DNA from: Camelus dromedarius
Taxonomy: Eukaryota
NCBI RefSeq assembly: GCF_036321535.1
Contig: NC_087437.1
Coordinates: 68,574,001-68,638,000, forward strand
Direction of reading: 5' to 3'
Length of the DNA: 64,000 nucleotides
Position numbers and translations under genes: made by a program. Shown here piece after piece: positions 38,615 to 52,482 of the stretch. Under the pieces are notes generated by a model that saw nothing but the letters and a program-made list of their open reading frames with translations, was not told the origin of the DNA and searched no databases. Position 1 is the stretch's first letter, and every line of letters begins with the position of its first letter.

Positions 38615-39069
38615 CAACTTATCCCATTCTTCATCCATTGAAGTCTTTGTACCAACCCTTAGCCCTCATTAAAAAAAAAAGTGCATATGCATAATATTTC
38701 ACATATAATTTTAGGAGGAATAATAATTTGAAGTGTAGCATAAGATGAATTATATGCTTCACAAGAGCAGGAATCTTAAACTGTTTGTATTTCAAGTACC
38801 TAGAATAGGAGTAACTTAAGCTTTGTTAAAAAAAAAAAAAGCTTGTTTTAAGAGGTTTCAACAGGCGCGAGATCTAGTAATAATCTTTCCACGGAGCATG
38901 AATTCTTGAAATCAGTTAATGCTTTTAGGTTTATGACTACCAGTTACCTCATGTAAGCATAGTTTCTAAGGCATGAGGCCATTCTAGTACTTTCTTTAAG
39001 CCACATTAACTAACTTGTGTGTAGCAGTGTCACTTTATGTAAGTCAGGTGGGGTTTGAGAAGAAAATCT

Positions 39070-39225
39070 CTAAGGATTGTAAAATTGCCGTGAATCATCT
39101 GGGTGGTTTGTTAAAAATACTACTTCTGGAGCCAATTGCTCCAAAAATTCCAATTCAATAGAGATATGATACACAGTGATTCAGATACAGATGTCTGGGG
39201 AGTGCGTTTTGAAAAACATTGTCTT
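39070..39225. mobile_element. MER5-like hAT-Charlie relic
   Basis: gaatcatctgggtggtttgttaaaaatac...tttgaaaaacattgtct. Confidence 0.5.
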
Positions 39226-40274
39226 CAGCCACATTCCAGAACTCTGGGGTTTCGATATATTTTAGCAAAGCTAACACAGGAATGCTATTGGACAGATGGC
39301 ATGGATGAGATGAGGAAAGACAGTAATGCCCCAAACAGTGCATTTCTAATTTGTTTTCATGACATTTTGAAGAACTGAGTCATCTAATTTGTAAGCACCT
39401 CTTCTGGCCACAGTAATAGGATAATGTTTATTGAAACAAAATACCTAGAATTGAGCCTCCGTCAAAGACGAGAATTTCTTTGTCTTACAACAAAAAAGAA
39501 ATGGCGCTCTATCTTCATTGGTGTTGGTTCTCTCCTAGACATCTGTCATTTCAGCATCCATGTCATATTTTTCAGTTCCACTTTGTAATCCTTTATCAAA
39601 GAAAGAACATGCTGGCAGTTTCTGAAAACATTTGAAACACACATCCAAACAAAAAGACCCAGAGAGGAAGCTATGCTTTTGTTGATGAAAATAAGCTATC
39701 TGTGTGATCATCATGTATCTATCCATGCATCTGGAGAGCAGTTCTCAGTTACAGACAATTATGGTACTTTAACGAAGCTCTGTGTTTAAATCTTATATCA
39801 TCTGTTGTCACCCAAGTTAACTCTGTTAAAAAAATAAATATGAGGGTAAGGTATTGAACCTACATTTGAACTTTTTTTTTTTTTCCTTCCTGGGGATTTC
39901 AGAGCAAGGTCATGCTTTAGAATAATAGGTTATTTGATAAGGTTCTAATGATCAGATTGTCCCCAGGAAAACTAGGACAGAAAAGGCTATGTTTAGCAAG
40001 CCCTGCCTCTAGCAGAGAACATCAAGAACCCTAGGAGAAGTGTCTGGTCTGGCTTTCTTTTTTTTTTTTTTTCCACCAAGAGACATTGGTAACCATCCTG
40101 TAGGTTCTTCCTGAGATGATTGACTCTGGGTTTGTCTTTGACAGAGCATCCAGATACCTGAGAAAAATGTTAATTCAAAATGTGTTACTGAAGTCTCTGA
40201 GTACACATACATGTGACAGACCATTAGAACATTCATGCTTCAGAAGACACATAATTTGAAGACATATTTAAATT

Positions 40275-40535
40275 GTTTCCTTTTACACTGATGGTGGGAA
40301 TGTAAAATGGTACAGCCACTATAGAAAACAGGGTGGAGATTCCTCAAAAAATTAAAAATAGAACTACCATCTGATTAAAAAATCCCACTTCTAGGTATAT
40401 ATCCAAAGGAAATAAAATAAGCGTCTTGAAGAGATGTCTGCACTCTCATGTTCATTGCAGCATGACTTACAATAGACAAAATATGGAAATAACCTGTGTC
40501 CATTAATAGATGAATGAATGAAGAAATGTGGTATG

Positions 40536-40568
<33 letters not shown>

Positions 40569-40578
40569 CACACACACA

Positions 40579-40617
<39 letters not shown>

Positions 40618-40972
40618 TATTATGGGATATTACTTAGCCATAAAAAAGAGTGAAACCTTGCCATTTGTGACAACATGGATGGATCTTGATGGTACTATGC
40701 TTGATGCAAGGTATGATTTTATAGTTGTGAAATGAATAAGTCGTGGAAATGTACATCATGGTGACTAGAGTTAATAATAACTGTATTGCATATTTGAAAT
40801 TTGCTAAGAGTAGATCTTAAAAGTTCTTATCCCAAGAAAAATGTGTAACCATGTATGGTGTGGATGTTATTTAGATTTGCTGTGATGAGCACTTTGCAAT
40901 ATATACAAACATTGAATCATTATGTTGTTCACCTGAAACTAATATAATGTTATATATTATACTTCAATAATT
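40275..40972 (+). mobile_element. L1MA-type ORF2 end/3'UTR with compound TA/CA microsatellite
   Basis: ggtgggaatgtaaaatggtacagccactatagaaaacag...tcctcaaaaaattaaaaatagaactaccat; microsatellite at about 40535-40615. Confidence 0.92.
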
Positions 40973-41149
40973 TTTAACAATTCAGCACTATATATCTTGT
41001 TTTTTTAAGTTGTATACCTCTTTCTAATCATATTTTTGACTAGATTTTTTAGAGTTCACTTTCAATAAAGCATAATTATGATAACAAATTCCTAGAAAAT
41101 TTGAATAATATAATTAACTCATTTTGTCTAATAAATATATATTACTTTA

Positions 41150-44130
41150 GTCCTTAAAAATAGAGAATAGAACTTACTTTTAGTCAATTATAGAATATTT
41201 TTAAAAATGACCATATGTTAGCTTCAAAGAGACTCCTCAATAAGTTTGAAACCAAAAAGAAAGAATGCACATTCCCTTTTTTTGACCAATCTATGCTTAT
41301 GCTAGAAACCATTGACAAAAATAGAAACTAATGGACCCAATGAGATGGAAATTAAACAAAATGATCAAAACGTATACTATAAGTAATTCATGTCTAAAAC
41401 AAAACCAAAAAACAAAAACAAAAACAAAAACAAAAACAAAAGTACAGAATACTTAGAAAATAGTGACTGCATTAAAACTTTTATGATGCATATTAAAAAT
41501 GTGACTGAAGGAAAATGAATGGTGTTAAATTATTATATAACTAAGAAAACTATTCAATTGAAAAGATGGAAAAAGAGAAACAAACAGTTCTAAAGATATT
41601 TTAAAATTTTAATTGAAAAGATGGGAAAAGACCAACAAACAGTTCCAAAGATATTTTAAATTTTTAAGTGTAATTAATTTAAAAAGAATGATAAATATCT
41701 CTAAGTGCTGATTGTAAAAAAAATAAAGGGTCAGTATAATAAAGAAAGGAGAAGATATAATGCATAAAATCAGAAATAAATTAGATCAAATAGCCCTTAA
41801 GAGGAAAATAGAAGAATAATAAGGGAATGTTTTTCAGAATTTTCAAAAATACTTTGAAAACATGAATGAAATTAAAGTTTTTTGGTTTTTTTTTAGGAAA
41901 CTGGAAATTATCTAAATTCAAATAAAATACATAATAGCTACTCAGCCAAGTTATCAAAAACAGACATTGACAAAGTTATCAGATAGCCAAATACCAAGAA
42001 AACAGCAGCTTCAGAAATATGCTTAGGTGCTTTCTTCATCTTCCAGGAAGATACTGCTAATATTACACACAAGAAGAAACCACTATTTTTTCTTTAAAAA
42101 AAAAAAACCTGAAAACAATATTTTGAAAAAGAAAGTAAAGATCATTTTTTCATGTGATTATTGATACAACCATCATAAAGGGAATATTACCAAAATGAAT
42201 TCAGGAGTAAGTGAATATAATTTTACACTGTGATCAAATGAGGTCCTGCAATTTCAGAACTGCAAGGATGGTTCAAGAACAGGAATTCTATTAAAATATT
42301 TCAGCTATAAAAAAGTTAATAAGGGAAGATATGTTCATCTTGATAGAAGTCAAAAGCACATGGGGAAAATAAATTCAAACTTTAGAGAAATTTAAAACAC
42401 CTTTGCAGCAGTTGAAATTAACAGTATAAATACTGGGAAAGGAAAAATACTATTATATCTGTACATTATATGATTTTATGTCTAGTAAGCCATATGAGTC
42501 AACTAAAAACAATTAGAAATAATAAGTAAATCTAAAAAGGTGGTTGATTACAATATTAATATACACAACAGTTAGAAACAAATAGAAAGTTAAAGGAAGA
42601 AAAATTCAATTTACTAAACCAATAGCAAAGATACGCCATTTTAGAGCACACTTAATCAGCAATGTGTAGGTAGATCCAGTACGATGAAAATGTTGCAATT
42701 CCACTGAGGAACAACAACAATAACAACAAAAAAGTCTTGGGTAAATGGAAGCACATACTCTGGAAGACTCTAAAATTATATCTAAAGTAATAAATAATTG
42801 TAATCTCAAAATACCAATAAGACTTTTGGGGCACTTGAAAAATTACTACTAATTAAATTTTCTCTAGAAAAAGAAACATTAAAATATCCAGAACATTTCT
42901 AAAGTAATTTGGGGAGGTAGGGAGGCTTTCAGACAGTAAAACATATTTTAAAGCCACGGTATTAAAAATTAATTTAATATTGACCTAAAAGTAGGCAGAG
43001 TAATGGAAGAGAATAGACACATCATAAATAGGCTAATATTTATATGAAAATTTATATCCTAAAGGTGATGTGCAAACTGGATTCAATAAATAGTGTTGGG
43101 GGTTGGGGCAGTTAACTAGCAATTGGAAAAAAAACATCTTGACTCATATCAGACTCCTCTCTCATAATACATACCAAACGAATTAAAGGTTTACATTATT
43201 AAATGAAACCCTAAGAAGCCAGAAGAATTCAAGAATGTGTTTTTTCTTTAATTTTGAAGTAATGAAGCTTTATCTAAATAGGGAAAAAATGTAAGTATTT
43301 ATACTTTTATGTCCCACATACATAATAGTGATTAAATATCCATATTGCCAAAAAAGTCAAAAGATAATTGATAAACTAGAGAATGATTTATCTTTAAAAA
43401 AGTAAGGCAAAGAGCTAATTCCTATGATATACAAGCCATTTTTATAAATAAAATAATCTTAATAAATACCACAATTAAATAAAAGGCATAAACAGGGATC
43501 ACACAAAAAAAGGAAGTGAATTATTAGTCATGCTCGACTTTTATATTAAAAGAAATGCAAATTTAAGCAATAGTGATGTGTCAGTAAGATTAGCAAGATT
43601 ACATTTTTCCATAGTACCACAAATTGTTAGAGAAATAGGGAAGTGTGCACTAACTTATTCCCGTGATGAGAATATAAATTGGTATACATTTTTGAGGAAA
43701 AATTTGGTAAAATATCTAGCAAAATATTAAGCCTACATACTTGTTCAATCATCCGGTCCACCTCTAAGCCGTTTCTCCCATAGAGTTGCTTGTACATGTG
43801 AACAAACATGTATGTCCAGTGATTGTCCTTGCAAAATTATTTTTAATAGCCAGAAAACTGGAAATAACCTAAATAAGTATGAATACAGACTGGTCAAATT
43901 AGTTATATACTAATATTAAAAGATGGTCAAAATATATCAGTAAGTAAATGAAGTAACTATGGTTTCATTTGTATGAAAAAGACTAGAAGAAAATATATCA
44001 AAAAAATGAAACAAAACTGAAGCAGGGGTTTGATTTTGCAATTGGAAATAAAGATTAGAATGTGAAAGAGGAGGTGTTTTATTTGTTGTAATTTTCTGGT
44101 TTGTTGTTTGATGAAAATGTATTACTTAGT
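41150..44130 (+). mobile_element. Old, degraded L1M (ORF2 to 3'UTR)
   Basis: A-rich strand with L1 ORF2 relics: gcaaggatggttcaa, attcaataaatagtgttggg, aaaagaaatgcaaattt, aatagccagaaaactggaaataacctaaat; no intact ORF. Confidence 0.75.
41556..41667. repeat. Tandem duplication, 55-bp unit x2
   Basis: aattgaaaagatgg...aaagatattttaaa.tttt starts at 41556 and again at 41611. Confidence 0.9.
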
Positions 44131-44861
44131 AGCTGTAATAGTAGTAAGTACCTTTTAAGCTGTGAATGAAGTCGGGAGATGTGAGTCAGCAGCAAGAATG
44201 GCAGGTCTTAGGCCTCTCGGACTTGGTGATGCTATCAGGAAGTTTCTCACAAGTATTAGTGGAAGAGGTAGTACTTTTAGTTACTGTGAATCCATAATGG
44301 ACTTCTCAATTACATAATCCTAACCTCTGGGTAACTATACACCAATGAGGAAATATATTCTCTACATTTATCACAAAGGTAAATGGGCAAAGATAACCGA
44401 TTGGGAGACTTGTTGGGTGAAATAATGGAAACAGCAGAAAACCTGAAGCCAAGGGATCGAAACACAGTTTCTGGTTTTTATATTCCCTGGGTGTGAGTGT
44501 TCAGTCACTTCACGCCTCTGAGCCTCAGTTTTCTCACCTGTAAAGTGAGGATAATAATGTTTAGCAAATCAAAGAGAGTGATAAGAAAGATTTCATAAAC
44601 AGTATGCTACAAAACAAATAGAAGTTTGGTTTGGTTTTGGAGGAGATACGTCATACTTTATATCTCCCTTTACCTTTGTCAGAGCTGATAGTTTTATTAA
44701 TCAACATGCATTCTAAGTCAGAATAGTCAAAAAATGATGGTGACCCCAGAATTTGCACAACCCTAAATTTCGAATAAGTTTATATGCACTAAAATCAAAG
44801 AAGAGACATCTAAATGGTCAGTCTCATTTCACTAGCATTGTGTGCCAAATATTAACCACAC

Positions 44862-45022
44862 ATCTCTTCTCTTCTTTGCCCTACATCTGACATCTGTCTG
44901 TTTCTATTATTTGCTATTTTAACTAAAATATTTTCTTTATCTCTTCTCTTCTTTGCCCTATATCTGACATCTGTCTCTTTCTATTTGTTATTTTACTTAA
45001 CTAAAATATTTTCTTTATCTCT
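44862..45022. repeat. Tandem duplication, 77-78-bp unit x2
   Basis: atctcttctcttctttgcccta.atctgacatctgtct...aactaaaatattttcttt starts at 44862 and again at 44939. Confidence 0.92.
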
Positions 45023-45709
45023 GTTTATTGGAATTTCTGAGCATCAAATGAAGGTATGATCTGTTCAGTCATTCCCTGAGCAATGATGTATCAAATTCAT
45101 TAAAACCAGAGACCAACTTAGAAAATGAGAGATGAATATACAAATTAACCCTGGAAAATCACTATTTAGTTCTTGTTAACAGTAATTCTTCTGCATAGAG
45201 TGGAAATGAGGTTAGCTTTTATGTGATTGATGATTTACCTGTTTCACTGCCATAAAAACACTCAACTTTACTTTACCTACATGAGTGCTATTTCTCTGCA
45301 TGAAGTAAAAAATCTTTCATAATCTGGCAGCATTATTTCTTCCAATCCTGACTTTTCATTATTTCCCATAATTAACCTTCTTCTATACCTAGTCATCTAA
45401 TATGCCCTGTTAATTTCCCTCCCAGTCTCCGTTCATGAAAGGTTTTCCATCTACTCTTTGTGGTCCACTTTGTCTCCTCCCTGCTCTGTGAAGCTTCCCC
45501 TCCCCCACCACACTCTGACCATCTAGATCTCTTCTTTCTCTGTTCTCCCATGGGACTTTATGTTTGTGTCATTCAATGTGACTCCTATTTACATTCAACT
45601 CAATGACATTTCTTGCCATTAAGTTACTTGAACCTTGAGCAATCTTTCTGGGCTTCTCTTTTCTCATCTATAAAATGAAGCAGATGAAGGAATTCAATGC
45701 TTTGAAGCA

Positions 45710-45960
45710 ATGTTATTCAAAAAATATTTTTATTAATGCCCACTTTATGTGCTAGGGACTTAACAATGGAATAAAAAAGAATCAGTTACACTCTTACAGT
45801 GGTATCTGTGTCGGAAGAAAACACAATATTAGCATATTAAATGTTTATATCATGTAGTGAGTTAATGATGATAAAGGCTATACAGAAAATAGGTGAGGAA
45901 TAGGGGGATTGAAGCACCAGGGGTAGGTCACCAGTTGGGTTACAATTTTAAATGAAGATG
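45710..45960 (-). mobile_element. L2 3' fragment
   Basis: ttattcaaaaaatatttttattaatgcccactttatgtgctaggg...gttacaattttaaat. Confidence 0.55.
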
Positions 45961-46079
45961 AACTTCCAGCTCTAATGTTACGAGTTTGTGTGTAGGTATT
46001 TGTATATTTCTCTGAGGAAGATTATAAATTCCAGGACAGTAGGAAATGTATCATCAGTGTCTGTTGTTTCATACTGTGA

Positions 46080-46325
46080 GGAATATGGTGACATGAATAA
46101 GAATTTAGATTTTGTTGTGAGAAAGACTTGAATGATTATTCCAGGTCTGCAAATCACTGGCTGTATGACCCAAAAGGTGCTTAATCTCTCCAAGCCCTTG
46201 TTTCTTCCTCTATAAAATAATGCCTTCTTTATAAGGTTGTTGTGAGAATGAAATTAGAGGGTTCACATGAAGACATTAGTATAGAGCCCTACCCATTATA
46301 AGCACTCACTAAATGGGAGTTACAT
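46080..46325 (+). mobile_element. MIR
   Basis: ctggctgtatgaccc...ttaatctctccaagcc...aaggttgttgtgagaatgaaatt...taagcactcactaaatg. Confidence 0.75.
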
Positions 46326-46499
46326 CATTTATTCTATATAAAAGTTGACACTCACTATCTTTTTACTGAATTAAAAGGCACTGGATATTCTGTCCACTAA
46401 AATGAAATGTATTCTCATAAACACTCCTGGAATCTTTCACTTTCTCAGAAGCCCTTTATTCTGTATATGTTATATACAACAGAATCCCATGTATTCAAA

Positions 46500-46810
46500 A
46501 AGCAGTTGGGAAATCGGCAAAATCTCAATGAGGCCTGTAAATTAGATGATATTATTGTATTAATGTGATTTTGATAATTATACTGTAGTTATGCAGAAGA
46601 ATACCGTACCTTTAGGAAATTCACAGTGAAATATTTATGCATAAAGGGGCATAATATCTGCAACTTACTTTCAAATGGTTCAAAGTATCTATCTATCTAT
46701 CTTTTTGTGTTTCTGTATACATTTGGGAGTCTGAGGGTAGGTAGCATGAGAAATCTTACAACTTGTTTGTAATTCTGATATTGTGTCACAATAAAAAGTT
46801 ACAATTAAAA
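46500..46810 (+). mobile_element. L1MC/ME-type 3' end
   Basis: aattagatgatattattgtattaatgt...ttttgataattatactgtagttatg...tctgcaacttactttcaaatggttca. Confidence 0.7.
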
Positions 46811-47656
46811 ATGTATTGCTGAGTGAGTGAGAGGCTAAATGTGAGAATGAGAACACAAAGTAATCCTATTATCATCAGGATTCACAAAACAAAATTGCTT
46901 ATCCATCTGGTATACTTGATCCCCTCTGCAGCTTACTCTCAGAATTCTCAAAGGACACTAAGGTGTGGGATATTTGTAAGCTAATAATACAGGGGGAAAA
47001 GGTGAATTTTTAAGTGTCTCATATTTATGATGAAAATTTTAGCAAGTTGTAAAGAAAGCAACCTTTTTTTGATGAATGTTGCAAATGGCCGTTGTATAAA
47101 ACTGCATTCACATTATGAGATTATTTAGGAAAGATAGGAGTCATGCTACAAATGATAAAGCAATATCCCTATTTTCTTTGTTTTCAGTAGGGGATAAAAG
47201 CATATGTAAATCCTGTGGATGCTTTTCTTAGTTTGACTCTATGTGTGTAGTTTGATATGGCTTACTGGAGATTCATGAATTCAGCCATCAAACTACACCA
47301 GGAATTTTATGATCAGATTCTGTTAAGTTTCTTTAAGAAAAATAAAAAAATAAAAGGCTTTCGTCCTCCTAGCCTCTTACTTTGAGCTTTACCAACTTAT
47401 TAAAGTTTTATATTATTTTCTAATTAAATGCAGAACTTGTCTATGCAGCAGATATTCTAAGAAAACACGGAGATAGAGTAACTGAATGAAAAAAAGTCAT
47501 AGAAGAAAATACCTATACCTTTTTATTTTTCCTTAAGATGTTCTGTGTGATTTGTTCTTAGTATAGAAGTGTGCTTATTTTGATATGTCAAGAGCTCTTG
47601 TTTTTCTCTTTTTCTGTTTTGTCTTAAAATAGCCAAGCAACCATCCAATCAGAATT

Positions 47657-47790
47657 TTATATATACATACACACACAAATATATATATACATATACACAC
47701 ACATATACGTATATGTATATGTGTGTGTATGTATATGTATATGTGTATGTATATATGTGTGTGTGTGTGTATATATAAACACATACACAT
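47657..47790. repeat. Compound TA/CA/TG microsatellite
   Basis: Directly visible. Confidence 0.9.
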
Positions 47791-48639
47791 TTTTCTTTAT
47801 AGCTAGAAAGACCCCTTTTCAAAGAAAGAAAAAAAAAAAGATATGCCTAAATAAAAGCCCCTTTAATCAGTTACAAGAGTGCTGTACCAATTACTTCCCT
47901 ACAGGGTGACCTTTTCATCTTTTAATGGCATTTTGGAATAAAATCGCCCTAACACGTTAGGAGTGTTATGTGTGTCACATTTCCAATTCTATTTTTCCTC
48001 TTGTTGGCACTGAATAAGGCCTAATGTATTCATGACCTAATTAGAGTAATTTTTGAATAATAATGACCTCCTGGGGGAGACTTTTTTCTTAGTACTATTC
48101 AGACACATTAACTAGAACAAGTGTTTCTTAATTTTTAAGTGTTTCTCTGGTTATTGGAAGCATTTTTGCTTCATTTAAAATGGAAATTATATAACAGGAA
48201 TCCCTGGAGGAAATGCAAAGCACTTTGTGTTTCCTTCATGCTTTCTTCTCTGGAAAATGCACTTTTCCGGTTTTGCTGTTGCTGTGTTCATCTTTTCTTT
48301 CCTTCTCACGCATGTGACTGTACTGAGGAAAGACATATCACAACATTTGGGGAAAAAGCTTAAACAATTCAGACAGCTCTCTTCTTGAAGCTGTATCTGG
48401 TTTTCTGAAATTAGTTGCACAATGACTGTATTCCAACCATCTCCTTTTTCACTATCATATCCTTTTCTAAGATGAAAATAAATTATAAGAGACTCAAAAA
48501 CAAGCATATTGATACATTTTGGAAAGATATAAATTACCTCCCACTTATGAAACAGGAAGTGGTTTATTTTGATTGTACCTTACACTTATTACGTGTGTGT
48601 GTGTGTGTGTCTTTGTATGCTCACTTTTCCGCGAAAGAC

Positions 48640-49810
48640 CAACAGAACTGACAACATCATGCCCTGAAAATTTCTGCTGTCCACTCATCCATCTCCCCAT
48701 GTGGATCTGCCCATCCCTTAATCTGACTTGATTTAGCCCTCCCTCCTCCACGGTCCTGTCATGCCCCTAGAGCTTTCAATCTGTCATCATTAAAATACCC
48801 TATATCACTGAACTCGTCTTCTCCCTCTTTACTTTAATGGAAACCTGACCATTACTTGAGGATCCAGATACAGCCATACCTGTCTTCCCTAATGACTGCC
48901 TTGCTCTCTGTAGCGCTGCAATGGAAAACAGGTCCTTGATGTTGAATTGGGGTACTTGCTCCTCACTGCCTTTTTTATTTATTTAGTTTTTGCCAGCCAC
49001 GATGTTTTATTGTAGGAATGCAAAGTTGTAACCTAGTCGCAGTGTATGTGACCCCCTCGCCGCCAAACTGTATATAGGGCAAATAAATATGAATTTCGTA
49101 AGAAAATTACTCACTGCCTCTTTAGACCACTTTTCTTCCCTCCTCTTTCAAAACCCTTAGCTCCTCTGCAGTTCCCCATCAGACTGCATCATCTTTGCCA
49201 CTGGATTTCAATCATGTAGCAGCTTCTCATTCTCCAAATTCTACTAATTGGCTCACGCTTTTTTGTTCTACCTCTGCTGCTATGTGAAATATAAACCTTC
49301 CAATACCTTAACCACTAACATAACTACTTCAGTAATCTCTCTCTCTTATATTTCACACTCATATGTGCACTCCAGCCATTCACTGGCCCCATCAGGACCA
49401 GCTGTTTTTCACCGAACATTTTTCTCATGTCTTCACTTGGCTTCTTACACGATGACTTTATTTTTCAGTATAATCATTCCCTTTCATCCGTGCTAACCCC
49501 CCCCGGCCTCTCTCTCCCACTTTCTTACTTGTGGAACAAAACTCCAAACCTAATTAAATACAAAATACCAGTCTTTTTGCATATCCATTTAAACAACTGA
49601 ATTTGGCTTGGAAAATATCACACCGCTATACTAGCTAACCCTACCTGAATTATAATAACACAGATTTCAAACAGGCTTTCAGTACTACCCAACAATAGCG
49701 CTGTATTTTCCTTGTCGACTTTTCCTCCCATTCACTTAGGTGAATACTCCCCCCTTCTCTTCTTTGCTCAAATACACTCCCATTTTCCCAGTCTCTCTTG
49801 TTTCTGTCCA
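48640..49810 (+). mobile_element. L2 ORF2 relic, interrupted at 48976-49109
   Basis: ggaaacctgacc...cttgctcctcactgcc[insert]tctttagaccac...ccttagctcctc...catcagactg follows L2 sense-strand text on both sides of the insert. Confidence 0.65.
48976..49109 (-). pseudogene. 5'-truncated retroposed 3' end of an unidentified polyadenylated transcript
   Basis: TSD ctcactgcct(t/c)ttt at 48962-48975 and 49110-49123; minus strand has AATAAA about 14 nt before an A-rich tail; five CpGs retained; does not resemble the L1 or SINE ends seen elsewhere in this window. Confidence 0.7.
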
Positions 49811-51074
49811 GTTCATATATGCTCTTTGGTTTAGGTTAAAGGGAAGAGGAACAAGAGTTTCTGTTGAACATGAGAGGAGTTTGGGGTTGTGGGGAAAGAA
49901 TAAACCTGGTTGTTTTCCAGACTAGCTTGGAGACACAGAGGTTCTAGACGCAGCTCTGTTTCTAAATTGCTAGCTCAGTTTGGGCGAGTCTTTAGATTTC
50001 TTGGAAACTCTATTCAATTCTGAAATGAGATATGACAATGGAAAGCTTACTGGAATCCCTTATAGAAACAGACATTTAAGCAGAACCTCTAAAATCTGGT
50101 AATTATTGTGGCAATCCGCGTGTCAAATTCTGTATCCGTTTGTGCATTCTGATGGTTAAGAGCCTGGAGAGGATGTCAAAAGGGTACCCTGGAAACAGGA
50201 AAGATCGGGAGGTGAAAGGAAAGAAGTGTGTCTTCTAAAAGCTTAGTAGAATGTCCTTAGGTGCCCTTCTACACAATTATTTTTCAGATTAACGTGTATA
50301 ACACCATTTTAACATTTGAGATAGATTTTGCAGTTAGATGGAATTCTCTGAGCTACTAGTTAGGGAGAAGGCTGTCCTGAATGTCATGTCTATTTTATGA
50401 AGGAAGGTGACAAGGCAACAAATAAGCACATATAAAAAAAAATAATCAAAACTTGAAAGATGAAACAGAGTCAGGGATCCTACTGTGTCTCCACAGTTTT
50501 AAATTAGAAACGTGTTACTATTAAAAGAAGCAGTGACTGAGTGCTGCTGGCTCAGGCCTGGTTAGAGAAGCAGTGCAGAGCCTCTGCTAACATAAAGGCA
50601 CATAATACAAATTAGAAAAGGCATCACCCCTTGCGAAACCTTAAAGTATTTCCTCTGAATGAATTACGCAGAGTGCCTCCTGTGTGTGGACGAAGTGGGC
50701 ATTTTCATGTTGTGATTGTAACTCTCTTCCTACCTGTGTTCCCAAGGGTGAGCAGCTTGGCAGGTAGGAGCACAGAGGAAATTTCAGCTCCCACTGCCCT
50801 CCCTTGGCCAAGTGTTCCTGTGCCAGGCACTACCTGCATCCGTGAGAAAGACCCTAGCGGTGTGAGTCTGTTTTTTCATGGACGCGCTGAAAGAAGTTAG
50901 GGATATTCAAGCTAAACCCTAACCTGCTGAAGCAAATACTTCAAAGGATGAGTAATTGCTTCCTCAATGCTTGGTGTATCCATCAGATAGGGAGTATTAT
51001 CTGGCTAGGACAATTTCATTTAGAGTGGCATTTCTTATGTTGTTAAAAGCAGTGGGGGTTAATTAATTTTACAG

Positions 51075-51990
51075 TTAAAAACTATAGTCATCAATTAGAA
51101 AAGGAAATGATCCTGGAACAACTGGATATCTATATGTGAAAAAAGTGAAATGCAACCCCCACCTCACACTATGTATAAAAATTAATTCAAGAAGGATTTT
51201 AGACGTAAACATAAAGACCAAAACCATAAAGCTTCTCAAAAAAACCACCGGAGGGTACCATGAGATCTTGGGATACTCAAAGTTTTCTGCCATAGGATGG
51301 AGAAAGCTCAGCCCTAAAGAAAGCGGATAATTTGGATTTCATCAGAATTTAAAACTTTTGCTCATCAAATGACACCATTAAGCAGCTCAATAGGCCACAT
51401 ACTGGGAGGAAATTTTTTCAAGCATGTATCTGACAAGGGAGTAATATCCAACATATTTAAAGAATTTCTATAATAGAATAATATAAAGGTAAAGAATCAA
51501 ATAAAATGAATGGGAAAAGACTTGAACAGCACTTCACAAAGAAAGATATGGATATAATATGTTCATAAGAAATCCATCATCATCATTAATTATCAGGAAA
51601 ATTAAAATTAAATTCACAAGATAATATTTCACACTGACTGGAATGGGAAAAAAAAGTTAAACATTATAAATGGGGAGAAATTGGAACTCTTAGTTGCTGC
51701 TGGTGGGAGTGTTGAATGGTACCATTATTTAAGAAGACTTTTTGCAGATTCTTATAAAATTAAACATTTATATACCCTGTGACCCAGCAGTCCCATTCCA
51801 AAGAAATGAAAATATATTAATTTTGATCAAGAATCTTCATAGCAGCTTTTATTCATAACAGCTCTAAATTGGAAAAACCTGAATACCTGTAAGTGAGGGA
51901 ATGGGTAAACAAAATTTGCTATATTCCTACAATGGAAAACCACTCCACAATAAGGAAGAACACACCACAGCAATATAGAGAAATTTCAGA
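51075..51990 (+). mobile_element. L1M (MB/MC-type) ORF2 3' part
   Basis: ctggaacaactggatatc...cacctcacactatgtataaaaattaattcaag...gctggtgggagtg...gcagctttattcataacagc. Confidence 0.85.
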
Positions 51991-52482
51991 AGTTTCTTAC
52001 AACCATTTGAGCTGTTTAAATTGCTGCTGAACTATACAACTCAGCATTCTTTTCTGTTTTGAAATCTAGGTTTTATTAAACTGACCTAATCAATAAGAAG
52101 ACTTTCACAGGGCTTCAAATACAGCCCTCGGGAATGGAAACAGTATGTTCCACAGTATCTTTCACAGTGATTTCCGGTGATTGAATGATCAGGGCTGTCT
52201 GTGTGTGATGATCTTAACAAATTTACCAAGAGGTCTTGGTTATAAATGCACAGAGCAACTTAATCATTACGGTCAGCAATACCCTAAGGGACTTGGCTAC
52301 GTCTCTGTAGAACTTGGCATTCAGTACCTGCTACAAATTCTAAAAACAAGAATAGTTCTTAACTACATTACTCCTATGGTGTAAACTCATTTTAAAAGGT
52401 GACAAAGCCATGGTCTCAAAGTGCAGGTATCTTTCATTAACCAAATCTATTTAGTTCCTAGATTTGCAAAACTATAATCACG

